Below, piece after piece: positions 26,605 to 41,300 of a DNA stretch of 64,000 bases. The translations under genes and the position numbers were made by a program. Under the pieces are notes generated by a model, which saw nothing but the letters and a program-made list of their open reading frames with translations, was not told where the DNA came from and ran no database searches. How positions within the stretch are numbered: position 1 is the first letter of the stretch; each line of letters opens with the position of its first letter. This stretch comes from Phoronis australis (Eukaryota > Animalia > Phoronida). The stretch covers positions 22,683 through 86,682 of the forward strand of contig NMRA01000018.1 in assembly GCA_002633005.1 (NCBI GenBank). Reading direction: 5' to 3'.

Positions 26605-29306
26605 CATCTGGACATTAGGCCTCATTTTTACTCTCGGAAATAAACAAAATTATAACCCGGCGAAGTTTCGCAGAAAAGGTGGTGCTATTTCTCACGTATT
26701 CCTTCGGAATTCGCAATTCGTAGTAGAAGATTTCTTGCATTACTTTTACGTTTGACAACGAAGTAAGAGGTAAAATTCATGAAAGGTGACCCACTAATAT
26801 ATACCATCAACGGGTAACCGCGTAAAGTAGCCAGGTCTAAAAAGTGATCTTTTCCGCGAATTTTTGTTGCACCATGATCCTCCAATTTTTGGGGGCTACC
26901 TCCACGAGGTTTGCTCTGCCTACATGGTGAAGGCTGCGAAATTGGCGACAATCATGGGGATGAAATTGATCGAAGAATCGAGCTGGCGAAGTCGAATTAG
27001 TTTGTGTACCCCCGGGAAAACGGATGCCACACCCAGAAAAATGTCCCCCTGAAGCAATAAAGAAATGCCATTGGTCATGAGGAAATAAAAAATTGTCAGA
27101 CTTAATCATTAAAACAAGCATTTATTGAACTCGACAACAACAGACGTGAGTGCACTCAAATCCGTCACGCCACCTACCGACTTGATTCGGTGATTAGAAG
27201 TGTGCAGAGTACAAAATAACAAAAAAGATATAAAGTCCACAAAACATTATTGGTTCTGGTCTGCGCACGGACTCGTTTGGAGACCTGCGCCTAAATACTT
27301 TGGAATAAAAAATAAGCGCTCATACATCACCTTAGTAAAAAGTTCTAAGTTTTTTCCATATCATATAACCCCAAACATTATCTGAAAGAGTTCAGCTGCA
27401 ATTCACTCTGTTTGGAATTAGACCTTTTACGCTCATAAATTCAGTCTCATCATATTCCTTATCATGATGGGGTTCCATTTCTCTTACCAACTTAGGGGTA
27501 AGTCACATACCATGCCAGCATTCACGCTGGTCTTTCCAATTCCCAATTTTAGGGTTGGCCAACCATAATATGAAAGTTTGAGGCGTTTTCTTGGGTCACA
27601 GAAGGTTTCAATGTTTTTGTTGATAATTATGAAATCCTATCATGACAAAAATATGATTTGGACTTCATGAAAGTGAAAGGCCCACTTCAATTATCGTTTT
27701 TAGCAAGAGTGACCTCCTTAATGACCTTCGCTGATTAATAAAGATGACCTCCAATGAATCAGTCTGGTCTCACCCCAGTACAGCCAGCTGCCACTAGGGG
27801 CCACTCAGTCACCTCACCCTAGTACAGCCATGCGCCACTAGGGCCACTAAAGATGCTGATATCCTGTTCAATTTTTCATACTATTAAATAAGTAAACAAA
27901 AAACAAGCAACATTCAAATTAATTATCAAAACAACCAGAGAGCAGAGCTAACAATAATTTTTTAGCCTGAGGCAGTATAATTTTAACAAGCAGTTAATAC
28001 AAGTAAATAAAAAAATTGATATATATATATCCATGGACACTACAGTTAACACATGTCCAAGCACCATGTACACTTTAACTCGTGGTGAATCTAACCACTT
28101 CTGAAACACTAAATTTAGCTTTAAAATCACGAAACTCAACAACATTGATAAGACAAACCACGAAACCATTTCTAAAACGGTGCAGGTATTCCCTATTGTA
28201 TCACATGGTGTAATAAAACAGATTCAACTTGAGAACAACTACCATAGGCATGACAATGGACAACAGACACCGCCGCACTATTTGTTTGTGGGTGTACTGC
28301 CAACCTCACTAAATATCAAGTGAAATGTGTTTTGAAGGCTTCATCTTCTGAGACATGCATAACATTAGTCAACAGATAAATACCCATTGCAGCCTTTTGG
28401 CTAATTTTTATGATCGTATTTCTTCCAAGAAAGAAGGATTTTTAACTAATTTTTCGCGAGGAATTCAATTTCAGAAGCAAAATATGTTAAAAAATTACCA
28501 GTTTCTGTCCTTGGCAATTCAATTTATTTTAGCCAATATTTTATTGCCACTTGTGCAGTAGTTCCCGGCCTCAGTGCAGGTAAAACTCCCTGATCAGATA
28601 TATTTGACAATTGGTGTTTGCTAATGCTAACACAATAGCCAACTGTATTCAGTCCAGCTGCTTGTGCTGCACCTATGTAATACTTTATGACACCTCATGA
28701 TGTCATAAAACTATATGTGCCTGTTGACTGTTGACAGCCCAGCCAGATGGCTCTATATTGTGTTGGCAGGGAAGGGGATAACTAAAACTTGAGCTTCAGT
28801 TCACAAATTGGGTTTTGGCTTGAATTTTCACCTGTACTAGGTCCACAACTGCACAACACAATATACCCTTAAATCAACTTCCCCCCCCCCCCCNCCCCCC
28901 CCCCCCTGTGGATGTAACATACAAGATACCACGGAACGGCCCAATTTCTTAACAAAATTAAAGCGGCAATAACCCACCTTTTGATTTTGGACCCCTACAA
29001 TTGTAACATTGATCCCATCTCATCTATTCTTTACTCAGGCTAGAAATGAATGTGATAACAACTGGCAGTTCATTAATACCACCCACATTAATGAAGATTC
29101 TATTTAAGTCATGGTGAGCTAGGCCCAGTTGCTGAAGCAGTGTGGGAAATTAAAGAGGACAAGACCACGATGACATAGATCTGGATCAGTAAATTCAACT
29201 GTGAAGACAGTCGGTATATCGCAACTTTAAATGACAACACTGATTACGTCAATTAATACAAGAGCAAAGTATACCATCATTATGGTGTTACCGTGGCAAC
29301 TGTCAA

Positions 29307-29399
29307 TCACATTGTGATGTCATCATCTTCGTTATCTTGTATTCCCAGATTGTCGCAAGCCACCATTGAGTGAGAGCGCGCTTCTCTCGACAATTTTAT
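29307..29399 (-). CDS. TMEM175: TMEM175 probable terminal exon IKLSREARSHSMVACDNLGIQDNEDDDITM*
   Basis: Strong acceptor ttctgtttttacag, phase 0, TGA stop. The tail is not conserved, so the assignment rests on splice signals. Confidence 0.7.
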   Translation of the reverse strand: MKLSREARSHSMVACDNLGIQDNEDDDITM

Positions 29400-32300
29400 C
29401 TGTAAAAACAGAAGTTTAACAATTAACACACCCATAACGTTACAGGAACGGGATTGGGCACAATGTACGGGGAACTAACATAAGAAAAATATCCAATATC
29501 TTAGTTTAACCACAATACATTTCCGATTTCATATAACCTGGACAGATCAACAGATATCAAAATGCATCAAACTTAGACGAACTTCATATCCGAGGTATTA
29601 AGCAGCATGCCATGAAACTTTTTTGTTGCTAGAAAAGCAGAACGCTGATACATTGAACCAATAGGTGACAGCACTATTCCATGAAGACTAATTATTTCTT
29701 TCACTACACCAAGTACAGAAAACAATTAGAATTAATACATCAAATTGTTGACATAAAGAAATGAAGTATGGACTTAATCCCACTTCTGTGCATCAGAATT
29801 ATGCCGAAGTTCAACACTGTCGCGTTTATTTTGAAAGGTGGACTGGCATGTAAGACCAGGGGCCTGTTCCAAGAAACTGACTTTAAGTTCATTTTTGACT
29901 TAAGTTTAAGATTTGTCTTAACTTCCAAACTTCGAAACTTCCATATTCAGTAAGTTAGTCAAAATTAAGACAAAATTTATGTTAAACACTTAAGTCAAAC
30001 TTAAGATCTCTTTCTTGAATTGGTATTGAGACAAATTTAACTTTGATTTTAAAATTTACTAAACTTTAAGATTTGTCTTAGCTAAATCAATTTTGTTGGA
30101 ACGGGCCCCAGGGCTGCATTCCATAGACATGAGAACCTCAACACAATATCACATAAGACTTTGCAAGATATCTCCTATAAGACAAGAGAACCTCAACACA
30201 ATATCACATAAAACTTTGCAAGATATGTCCTATAAGATAACAGAACTTCAACACCATATCACATAAGACCTCAACACAATATCACATAAGACCTCAACAC
30301 AATATCACATAAGACCTCAACACAATATCACATAAGAGCTCAACACAATATCACATAAGACTGCAAGATCTCCTATAAGACAAGAGAACCTCAACACAAT
30401 ATCACGTAACACTTTGCAAGATATCTCCTATAAGACAAGCAATGGCCATGACCATGCTAGCTTCCTTTGTGAAATTCTCGCATCTATTTTCTCTGGTGGC
30501 TCCGTGGTCAGCGGACCCTTCGGGTCCTTCATGGAGTCTCCATAGGCGTAAATTTGTAATAATTGTATTTTTGCCTTAACGTGAATAAAGTGTATTACGA
30601 CATTACAACAACAGAACCCAGCCCAGGAAGCAAGGATACGCAGACTGGACTCACTCTTTTCCTGATATTGACGATGAGAAGATCCAAAAGTCTGAGCCCA
30701 ATGAAGATACAAGGCGTCACAAATTGTACCTGTAAAAATTTCATAAAAATATTTAACACACCTCCAAAAATCGCTTTCAAATTATATCCAGGTTGTCGTT
30801 CACTCCCTTGCATACATTCATTTCTAAGACCGAGCTCAGATGAGTAGGGGACACAACTCTGCAATGCTCAATTGTCTGCCAGTAAAGCCAGGATTCGAAC
30901 CCGGCTCCCCCAAACAAGAGTGCGGAGCTCAAACCAATGAGCCACACGGTCTCTATTAACGATATGAATTTTAATAATGATAACTGTGGCAGATGGTCAA
31001 AGCCGAAATCGAAATGAACAACACGTCCACGTGCAGTCACCAGTCATGCAGGTCAATTTATTACACAAACAATCTTGGTGTAATATGTAATTGGAACAAA
31101 GAACAGGCCATGTTTTTTTTTTCCTTTCAAAAATGGCTACCGTATATTTCTGTACAGGTGATAATGTTTGTTGAAGCAGTCTCTTTGCGCTCCTAGTTAC
31201 CTTGGTGCATGTGTTTGAAATAAGACTTGTTTTACTAAATAAGACGATTCTCTGAAAGGAACACGTTATCGGTCAAAAGAAAACTCTTTTTATGAAACAA
31301 AAATTCTATTTTTCAAAAACAAGCACGTCATAGTTCACGCACGTGCAGCATCTAAACAGACAACACTGAGTTTTGGAATGGACCAGGCAGTTTTGTTTTG
31401 TCGGATGAATAAGGCAATGGGAATACTACTACTTGACCACAAATAGGAACCATTTTATAATTGAGCGTTTCAGTGTGCGTTAAACATCTTCATCAGGAAC
31501 ATAACAGAACTAAAAGGACTATATATGGTAGAGTGAAATGTCATCAAATTCGTTCAAAACTAATTGCAAACAAATTCTCTTGTCCCCACAGAATACGTTC
31601 ATTAAAAAATAAACCTGGGAGTGGATCAGGCCTGTGGGACCTGTTAAAATGCATCACCTAACAACACATTTTGCTTTATCGTTCAACAACTCATCTCCTT
31701 GTCTGATATCATATCTGCCTCTACTAACCACATAGTGTGTTTTATTGTTCAACTACTGCTCAAAATATTTGATATCATATCTATCGCAATGAACCGAGTT
31801 GCACCATTAACACAAAATAGAACAAAACTTCCCCATATCAAGACTTCAAAGTCCTCCCAAGTTCCTGACTGCTTCAAGTCCTAGTGTATATCTAGGTAAT
31901 AAAATGCGCTTTATATATTTGATGAACTGAAAGTCGTACTTACAATGTAAAAGTCTTTGGCAGAGAAGTGCTCCAAGTAAAATGCTGCGAAGAAAATGAT
32001 GAGGCTGAAAACACAATCATACCAATACCTCTTTATTAACCGTACAGTACCGGCGTGGTCAAGTGGGTGGAGTAAAAAACCCTCTCCCAACCAAAACATG
32101 TTTTCACTTTTCCTTTGCCCCCCTTGCCCCCTGTCCATTGCAAAATGACCCCCCTTCCCTCCCAATGCCACACCTTAACCTCTCCCTGATATCTGTGCAC
32201 GTCCCGCAATGAATACTTCAAGCTATGCCAGAGCACTGGTCACTCTTCACAAAACCTGCAACCTGTGAATTTCTGAAGGCTAGGTATTTATCAAGCTTGA

Positions 32301-35300
32301 GTTTGCTTAAAGCAACACAGGTAACCAGTGGCGCCCACTGGTGTCAAATCTAGGGTCAGCGATTTAAGGGATTCCAAAGAACTGACATTTCGTCATGACG
32401 CGAGACCATGATCTACATGCTGCAGGGCTTGGAACGACCACTGACAAAAAAAGCGGAAACTTTTACGGCCCAAATCATGCGCGCTACCCAGCCTTGAAAT
32501 GGTCGATGTGAACCTTCCCCTGACAAATAATCGGGAGGAATATAAAAAAATTACCACCATCAGTAGCAAGCGTCTGCGTCCTTTTAGCTCGTCCGTCTGC
32601 TCCCAACCCAAACATTTTTGGCAGCAGAGCCGTAGTATTTGTCGCCGCGATTTACAATAACACGAGACGCCATTGAAAATCCCACCACGCTATCCCAGAT
32701 GCCCCGGCAATGTTTACAATTTATGTTCCTCCGAAACATAAAGAGCAACTTCCGCTTTTCGAGGTGAACGTCGTCTGCAAAGCAGCGGTAAGAAAGGAAC
32801 TTGCTGCAGAAATTTTATATCAAATCCGATTTTTTTTACGCGGAAATATAATAAAATGCGCGGACAGAACATTTGAAAAAAGCGGAAATTCGCGTTTCCG
32901 CAGAAAATTCCAAGCCCTGATGCTGGCTTGTCACAGCGTACCATTTTACGAGGCATAACAAACAGCGTGCCATTTTACGAGGCATAACAAACTGCCAATT
33001 CCTTGCAAGCCCACAAATAACTTCTTGTGTTAGAGAGACAGATGTCGAGACAAAGTGTACGTCAGTAAGCCCAGGTCCAAACCATCTTGGACAAAACAAG
33101 GGTTCATGAGCATTCAACAAGGTAAAAGACGATACCATTTAATTCACAGATAATCTGAAGAACAACGTCTGCCTTCAGTTTGGTCAACAGTCATGGTGCG
33201 ACATGAACATGGCTGCCACAGACACAGAGAGCAATGTAATGACACACATGCCAGTATCCGCCATAAAAGACAGACCAACAATATCTGCCGTGAAAAACGG
33301 ACCAACCAAATGCAAGGTATTTTAGGGATGAGGAATTATTCTCACCTGAAAATAGGAAAAATCACCAGCTTAAGTGTGCAATAAACATGGAACTTGCCAC
33401 CGTAAGATGCTTCAGAGTGAAGGTACTTGTGTCTGGAAAATAGTAAACACTAACAATGGAGTACGAAGGACAATTTGTTGAAAAATAAGAGGCACTATAA
33501 AGAAATTTGGTGAATATCAAAACAAATACTTTGGGTATCCTAATATCCCAGCAACACACCTTTAACAAGTATGTAGAGTGGAGTCCTCTTGGTATTAAAA
33601 AGCCAAAAACACTTCAAGTTTATTTTAATTAATCGAATTGCTAGTGCCACTCGACATTGTATCAGTTTTTCAATACTAGAGCTAAACTCTAATTCTCTCT
33701 GAAAGTACATACATGTAACTGTTGGCACATGTTTTGTGAGGCGAAAACAGCGAACAAAGATGAAAAGGCATTCAGGTTTTTTCCCATGTCTGTCAAGCCG
33801 CTCACTCAGGGCCCAGTGCCTGCACGTTTTCGTCAAAGAATCATGTCGATAGTAAAGGTCCTTGTTATTTCTCCATATTTGAACAATTTTAAGCAATATA
33901 TATATAATGTTGATCTTTTTGTGTATGTCACTTTGTTGATACCAAAATCCCATGTTCAATACAATCCTCAACCTAATGGAACATACTGCCAAAACCAAAG
34001 CCAATCACCAATTCATAATCTTGCTGCATGCTTCACATGTTGTGAGTAAGTCAGCCAAAGAAATGTTGCCAACAACAGGAAACGTCCATGAAGCTTATAG
34101 TGTGGTAGCGACGGCGCCCTCTTACTAACATCAGGGAGTACATCTACATTGACATCAAGTCTAAACTGACTATACTTACGGCTTTTGCAATGCGATGACC
34201 CAAATTACGGACTGCGACAAGCCAGCGACGAAGCTGGCAACAGCAGTCAACTGAATGGCAACTCGTGCATTTTCAAAGTCGACTCCTTCCTATAGAATTG
34301 ACAGAACTGATCACCATGGTAACCCCATCAGCAATGATCGATCAACAAGATGGCCAAAGCAGTTTAAAATAAGTCAAATAAGACAAACAGAAAATGCTAC
34401 ACACCAAAAACGAATTTAAACACCATGAAGTATGAGACTGTTCGTAAGGCCAAAGGTTATCACTAGTAAGAGTACCCATTTGGCGCAATACTTGTAGTGA
34501 TGCAAAAAAAAACACAGCTCAACGTTTTATTAAAATACAGATTATGATCACCTTTGACAACAAAATAAATAATATAGTCCCTTTTCTCACTCAACGACAC
34601 GTGGAAAACGATAGTGTTGTCAAAAATGATACGTCACTCAGAACATAACTAAATGCAGCAAACGGAGAATACTTACAAATGAGTCATACTTGTCAATCAT
34701 CTTATACGCGAATGGGAAGAAACCAACACTGGCCAAACACTGAAAAGAGTGTAAAAAATCATAGAAAGCGGTTACTGTACTATAGTCTTGTGTTACACTC
34801 ACCGTTGTAATATATTCCTTAACTCAGATTATGGACGATTTGTTGCAATTGCTTTAGATTTGGCTAAATTGATATGTTGGCTTGTAACGGCATGTCACTT
34901 AATGTCCCCAGCATGGACTCCAGTGCTATAGTATACAGTCACTTCCTCCGCAGCACACAAGTCATTCTTTACCTGACCAACACTTTGAGACCAATTCTGT
35001 TACGGAAAGTAGCTTAAATCTAAAGTTATTTTTTTGACTGTCAAAGCTAGGTTGATAGCGGCTTGAACACAATTTCACAGTTGCCAAACAGTCCAAAACA
35101 AGAAAAACGGATTCTTCAGAAACGAGGCTAAAAAAGTCCACAGGGACACCTTTTTATCTTTAAAGGACAATTAACATACTTCAAGTCGAGTTGTTGTCAA
35201 CAAAAAATCTGAAGGCAACACATTCCTTTAAACAAGCATCAAGAGCTCATGGCACTGCAAAATGAATGTACAATGTACACTCTCCTGGGGAATATTTTTG

Positions 35301-38300
35301 GATGCAAAGACACTTTCGTTAAAATGAAGGCTTATGAAAGGGCACCCAGATTTCTTTTTAAAAGCCAACTGAATTTGAATTCACTACTTCTTACTTGAGT
35401 TGGACATCTCAGACCTTCCCCTGTGTTGGCCCATGTCACACCATAGATAAGGTGGAAACGGTCAGGATTAAATACACCAGGTTAAGTTGCATCCGTTTTG
35501 AAAGGGGGGCGGTGGAACACACGTACAAACATATTGTAAACTCCACAATATACACTCACCAAGGTATTAAAGAAGCTCATAGCCCGGTCAAACTCTTTTA
35601 GGCACTGAAAAGAGAAAAACAGATAAGTCAGATGAAAGAAAAGTTTCCAGTGTCAAAACCAAAGTAAAATTTAACACTTTAAACAGGATCATCTACCAGC
35701 AAAAAAAATGAAACTAATACATTTCAACTGAGCTTGTATTAGTTTTAATTTTTTGCTGATATTTATTGACTGGATGTCTAATATTCACCAACTGACTTAG
35801 GATCGGCTTTATTCAAACACTATTGGAATAAAAATGATGCAAGTCAATAACGCCATTCATCTTGAAAATTTGGGCAGTATTAATATTTGATACTCAGACA
35901 AAGCCAAATTAAATGAATAGTAGTGCTGATTGACAGATGAACTGCTAGAGGGCGATGTTAAATTACATGTAGGTTTGAGTGATGGATGAACCACAAAAGG
36001 GCGATGTTAACTTACATGTAGGGTTGAGTGATGGATGAACCACAAGAGGGCGATGCTGATGAAGCTTCCAAAGTAGGCAAATATTGTGGTTGACATTTCA
36101 CCTAACAACATTCTGACATCCACTCCATCCTTTGCTTTTGTAACATCTTCACTAAAAACAGCAATGGCAGTTACAGGGTACACTTAAGACTGCATGCAGC
36201 GCCACCTTTGGATAACAATTCTTTTGGATCTTGTTTAGGGATGGGAACATTTGCACGCGTTCTTACATGTAAATACACTAAGTTAGCATTGCTTCCTAAT
36301 CACACCAGATGGCACCACGTACTGAACTGGAATTTACATTATTCAAAAGCAAGATTCAACATAACTAACTAATTTGGATTTATTAAGTAACAACTTTGTG
36401 ATTTGTTCTTGACCAGGCACTGTGTGAAACTTTACAGTGGTTTTTAAACTAAACAAGACAGTTGTTGCGTGCGCAGGACTGCTCAGCTTGGGGTACAGTA
36501 TGATGAAATAAATCAGTAAAAAAAAAACACTTTGGCAAGAATGAAGCACACTAATTGGCTGACTCTCTTAACAGGGCCGAGATATGGTTAGGCAGGGGTA
36601 CGGGCAGGCAGGAGTACGGTTAGGCAAGGGTACGGGTAGAGAAGGGTACAGTTAGAAACAAAGTAAGCATCCTTCATAAAAAACGTTGAGGACTTCTAAC
36701 AAAACTTTCGACATTTTTTTAAAGTTTGACACCAAGAATATTAACGTTGTAAAACTACTAACTAAAATCAGTCATACGTCATATGACATGTGAATAACAT
36801 GAGTAACAAATATTAGGTAATCAGATTAGGAACAACCATTTGATGAAGAACATAATTACACAAACACACAGGATGTATTTATTTTACATGGTAAATTCTA
36901 ATGATTTCCTAACTACTCAGAAGATGGCAGCACAGCAAGACTCACCACAGATCTAATATCAATATTGTGGCTACAATGGCAAATACTCCATCACTAAAAC
37001 CTGAAATAGAGGAAAAAACATTATTTAGGGAACCATGATCAGCCAGGTAAACTACCAGGAAGGTTCATCTAGAATGCAATAGGAATCTCTCTGTAATTTT
37101 TTTTTTTTTTTGATAATTTCCTGCATTTTGCCTGACTGTGTATTGTTGTTGTATAACAGTATACACAAAGAATAGTGTGATGTAAGTCCCCTATATGTAT
37201 TGTAAGCACCACAAGATGGCGCACTACACTAAAATCAAGGTCAGAGCAGCTGATGCAGCGGAGTGGTGAGCTGCGAAAATCCCTACTTGTCAAAAGGAAA
37301 CTAAATAATTCCATGCGAGACACAATAGATTACATACAATCAATTGAACATTTCCACCATCAATGGCAGTGGTCATCCCCAGCATGATGGATAAATGGAA
37401 TTGCAGTCACTTGACGACGTTTACATAATATTTTGTGAACACAGAACAAACCAAAAGCACTCGGACAAGATGACCCAGAATTCCCTGTCATGACGTCTAG
37501 GCAGATACGGATTTCATCCTAAAAGTATATTCATCCTCAAAGTATCCTCTCATAATTGAGAATGAACAGAAATGAACTGAAAAGTAATGAGGCTAAGCCA
37601 CTCTGTAATAATAATTTTGCTGTTCAAATTTTAATAGCCATTAATTTTGCTGTAAACAGAATTAGCGATCATGACAGGTGGTATTTTGTCTTGTAGTGTA
37701 ACTCATGTTGTGAACAACTCCACTACAACAACAATCTGTAGGAACACCATATTTATCCACCTTCACTCTCACTCTTATCAGGCTTCTATTGTGAGTCAGC
37801 ATGCGTGAATAATTGGCTGATAAGCCACCTATGGAACTACTTTTGGCTGAATGGATGACCAGGCCATAAAATGATAATTAGCCAAGACCAGTTAAATAAT
37901 GCTGCATGGAATAGTTAATACCTTCATGGCAATTTTGAAAGAGTGGGCATCTTCTGCTAGTCTTTCGCCGAAAGTGTTTTAAAAAAAACTTGGTTTACCG
38001 ACCTCTGATTTTCTGGATTATGCAAACATTAAAATTCAAATATGCTACGTTTTCATTTCCGCCATCATTATGCTATGGAAACAAGAAAAAATTGGCAACA
38101 ATCCGTACAAGCAACAAAGAATATGTCGTAGCATCACCTAGCCTTGGTGGAAAGCTGTATATCGGGCGCTTACAAAAATTCATTTCACAGGGAGGGGACG
38201 CTTCTTGTAGCCTAAGGCAGTTGAAACTTGGTTTCCGAAACGGGTAAAACCGGAAGCTAGGATTTACTCAAATTTACGCTCTGTGACGTATTTGTAGCCT

Positions 38301-41300
38301 ATGACAGTCTTTCTACAAAATTGTGGTGCATTGCTATCAAACTCCATTGTTAAATTACAATTATCATTTTTCAAAAAATTTTGCTGAAATCCCAGGGCGA
38401 AAACTTGCCGACTTACTCGCTGAATCACGATCGTCGATAGGGAAACATGAATTCTTGAATAAAAATACAGTTTCGACTCAACAAATAACATGAAATCCTC
38501 CTTATGTTTTACAATTTTTTAAGTTCATGTGGAGTCCAGATTAATTGCAATTAAGTCGAAATCTGCGCTACATTGCACCCCACAACACGAGAAAAATCTC
38601 TGGATGAACACACATGCTGTTGTCACGTGACGTTTGTTTTGAAGTTCGTCTGCATATGAGCCGTGAGTGCGCTTGCAGGTCATCGACGACAGACTTTTGT
38701 TACAAAAGGTGGAGGATTATGCAAGAAAATGGCGTTTATCAGATTGTTTTTCACTTAAACAGCTGAAACGTGCAAGGTGAGTGCCGGTTAACTCACAGAT
38801 TTTGTGTGCACAGGCTGACGGTCGTTAGCTCTACCGTGGAGTAAAACATTAATAGTCCTAGGCTAGATCTACATGTTGGGGACGAGGTGACGAGGTGAAC
38901 TACCCGGGCTGTGTGAAATTTCTGGGTCTAACAGATACACTGACGAGTGGTACCTTTGGTCAGCCAGCTCGCTGTATCAAGACTATCGTCAAAATCCAAA
39001 TTCGTTTTATCGTGTCCCTGTCAATAATAACGGTTTCTTAATGTTCGTACTTCAGGAACATAACGATCCAGTGTTTTGTATACATACGCGCACGCCACAG
39101 ATCACATCTCCTAAGTTTCCGATTTGACGGATGACAATGAATGACCACAATGAAATTAAACAACGTCGTTTTACATCTTGTAAGAGCTATAATAAACATA
39201 TTTTGAATATTGCAATGCATGTGTTCCAAAATCTACGGGTCCTATATTTTTGTATTCATGCGCGCCAAATGAAAGTAATCTTGAGTGTTGCTGTGTTGCT
39301 AAATCTCTTATTCTGGGCCGATTTGAAAAATTCAAAGTTGTACCAACATTTTTTTCTCTCCTCTTCTCAAATATTACACTTAAAACAACGTAAAACGCTC
39401 TTCATAAAAAGTACGGTCATCTAGGCTAGATTGAAATCAGCTAATCGTATCGGCATGAGCGAAGCCAATTATCCTCGCTCATGACTCAATGACTAGAGCA
39501 GTTAGGCGGGATCCCTTTGATCATGAGCCGAGCACAATGCAGCCAAGGTGGATAAATACGGTCTAGTTCAATCTGCCAAGCACCACCGTTTTCCCTGATC
39601 GGCAGGCCTTGGGGCAATCTTATTTAGTTGGAAATGTTTATGCCATGACTGATAGCAACACTGCTTACACTCCACACGTTCTTTGCCAACACGTTTGGTC
39701 TGATACAGAGCGGGCACCGTTTCTGTCAGGTTAGTCCTCCTTCTGCACCGCTCAATAGCCTTCCCGATGAGCCGGGCAATTAGTACGTTGAGGACAATGC
39801 ACAGTAAGAAGAGAGACGCCGCCTGGAAAATTAGTCACATTTCGTTCCTCACAAAGGTTAAACTTGGGCTATAAACTTTGGAGAAATCTTTGAAACTGTT
39901 AGTTCTTAAATTGGTTAGAGCACAAACCTACTATGTTTTGATATTCTACTTCATTATCAACAAGCTGTGAACTGCTTGTAGTCTGCTGGTGAACATGGGA
40001 GAAAACTGCCGTATTTTTTAAACCAGTGCACTACACAGGCAAGATGCGGACTACTTACATCTGGCCAGTGACGATGGGAAACAAAATTTTCTTAACTAGT
40101 AGTCTATAATGGTGAGATGTGGACTACTTACAGTCGGACAGTGACCACTGGAGACAAATACTGTAGTTTATAAAACCAGTGGACAACACAGGCAAGATGT
40201 GGACTACTTACAAACAGCCAGCCATTGACCACAGGAGACAACTACCATAATTTTCTAAATCAGTGGGCTACACAGGAAAATGTGGCTAAATACAGCCTGC
40301 CAGTGACTACAGAAGACAATGGTTGATATTTAATAAAATCAGTGGTCTGCTCAGTCTGACTATATACCGCGCACAAAACTTACCAAACCCGGAGAGACGA
40401 GAGCAATGAGAATGGCGATTAGGCACAAGACAAGAGGCACTATTACGTGTAAAAACATCATGTTCCGCCGCCTGCTCTACAATCACAAATAATTCCATCA
40501 TGTCAGTCTCGTTGTACAACTTGTAAACAGGCACTACCTGTAGAGGGCACTCAGTGCATTCAACTACCCAAATGGAAAAAAACCTTAATGTCTCAAGCTC
40601 TCAAATTTATTACAAATTGCATCATTATGAACAATATCTGACTTAAGACATATCTTGTTGAAAATGGCACAGTAGTGATTCCGTAGTACAGTAACTTGAA
40701 TGAGCTCATTATTCTGAAAATCTCAATCATTTGCTTCTGATTACCGAAACTCTCTACTTATTTAACACAGTCACCCCATTGTCACGTAACAACAACCATT
40801 TTGAAGTAATGTTTTGTCCCTCCCATACTTCTCACAAGGCTACTTGGTCAGAATTTCTTGCCTCACCTAATTCGCTCACAAAGTCGGTCAGTTTTGAAGT
40901 TCGAAAAATGTAAATGCAAAGCCTTGTCACTAAATCTAGGAATTCTCAAAGTTTTTTCACAGACAGGTCTAAATATCGTACGAATATTCAACACTTAATG
41001 TCATCCATTTATATAGGATATCTCAAGCGCTTGTTTACGTGTAGTGAAACAGTGTTTCACTAATGATAGAGTCAAGAACACTTACATTGGAACAGGCTAA
41101 AATAACTTTACTGTTAAACGAACCACGGTGGCCAACCGTAGGTCGCATTTCCTTAAATTCATATGACCAGTTGCCAATGCTTACTTACTAAGTTAACCTC
41201 ACACAACCGTAAACCACAAAATTTGTGTTCAGTTTATTCGACACACCCTGACTATCACAAAAATATCTAATTGACGTTGTGCAAAATAAGTGAATAATTA

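Noticed and set aside
33540-34160. Alternative candidates for the TMEM175 TM11 exon
   Set aside because: They have weak acceptors or need an impossible 19-nt intron; 33346-33432 fits the motif and phase.
38720-38782. Plus-strand ATG plus strong donor (CAAG|gtgagt) inside TMEM175 intron 7
   Set aside because: Both ATG frames stop before the donor and no downstream exons were found.
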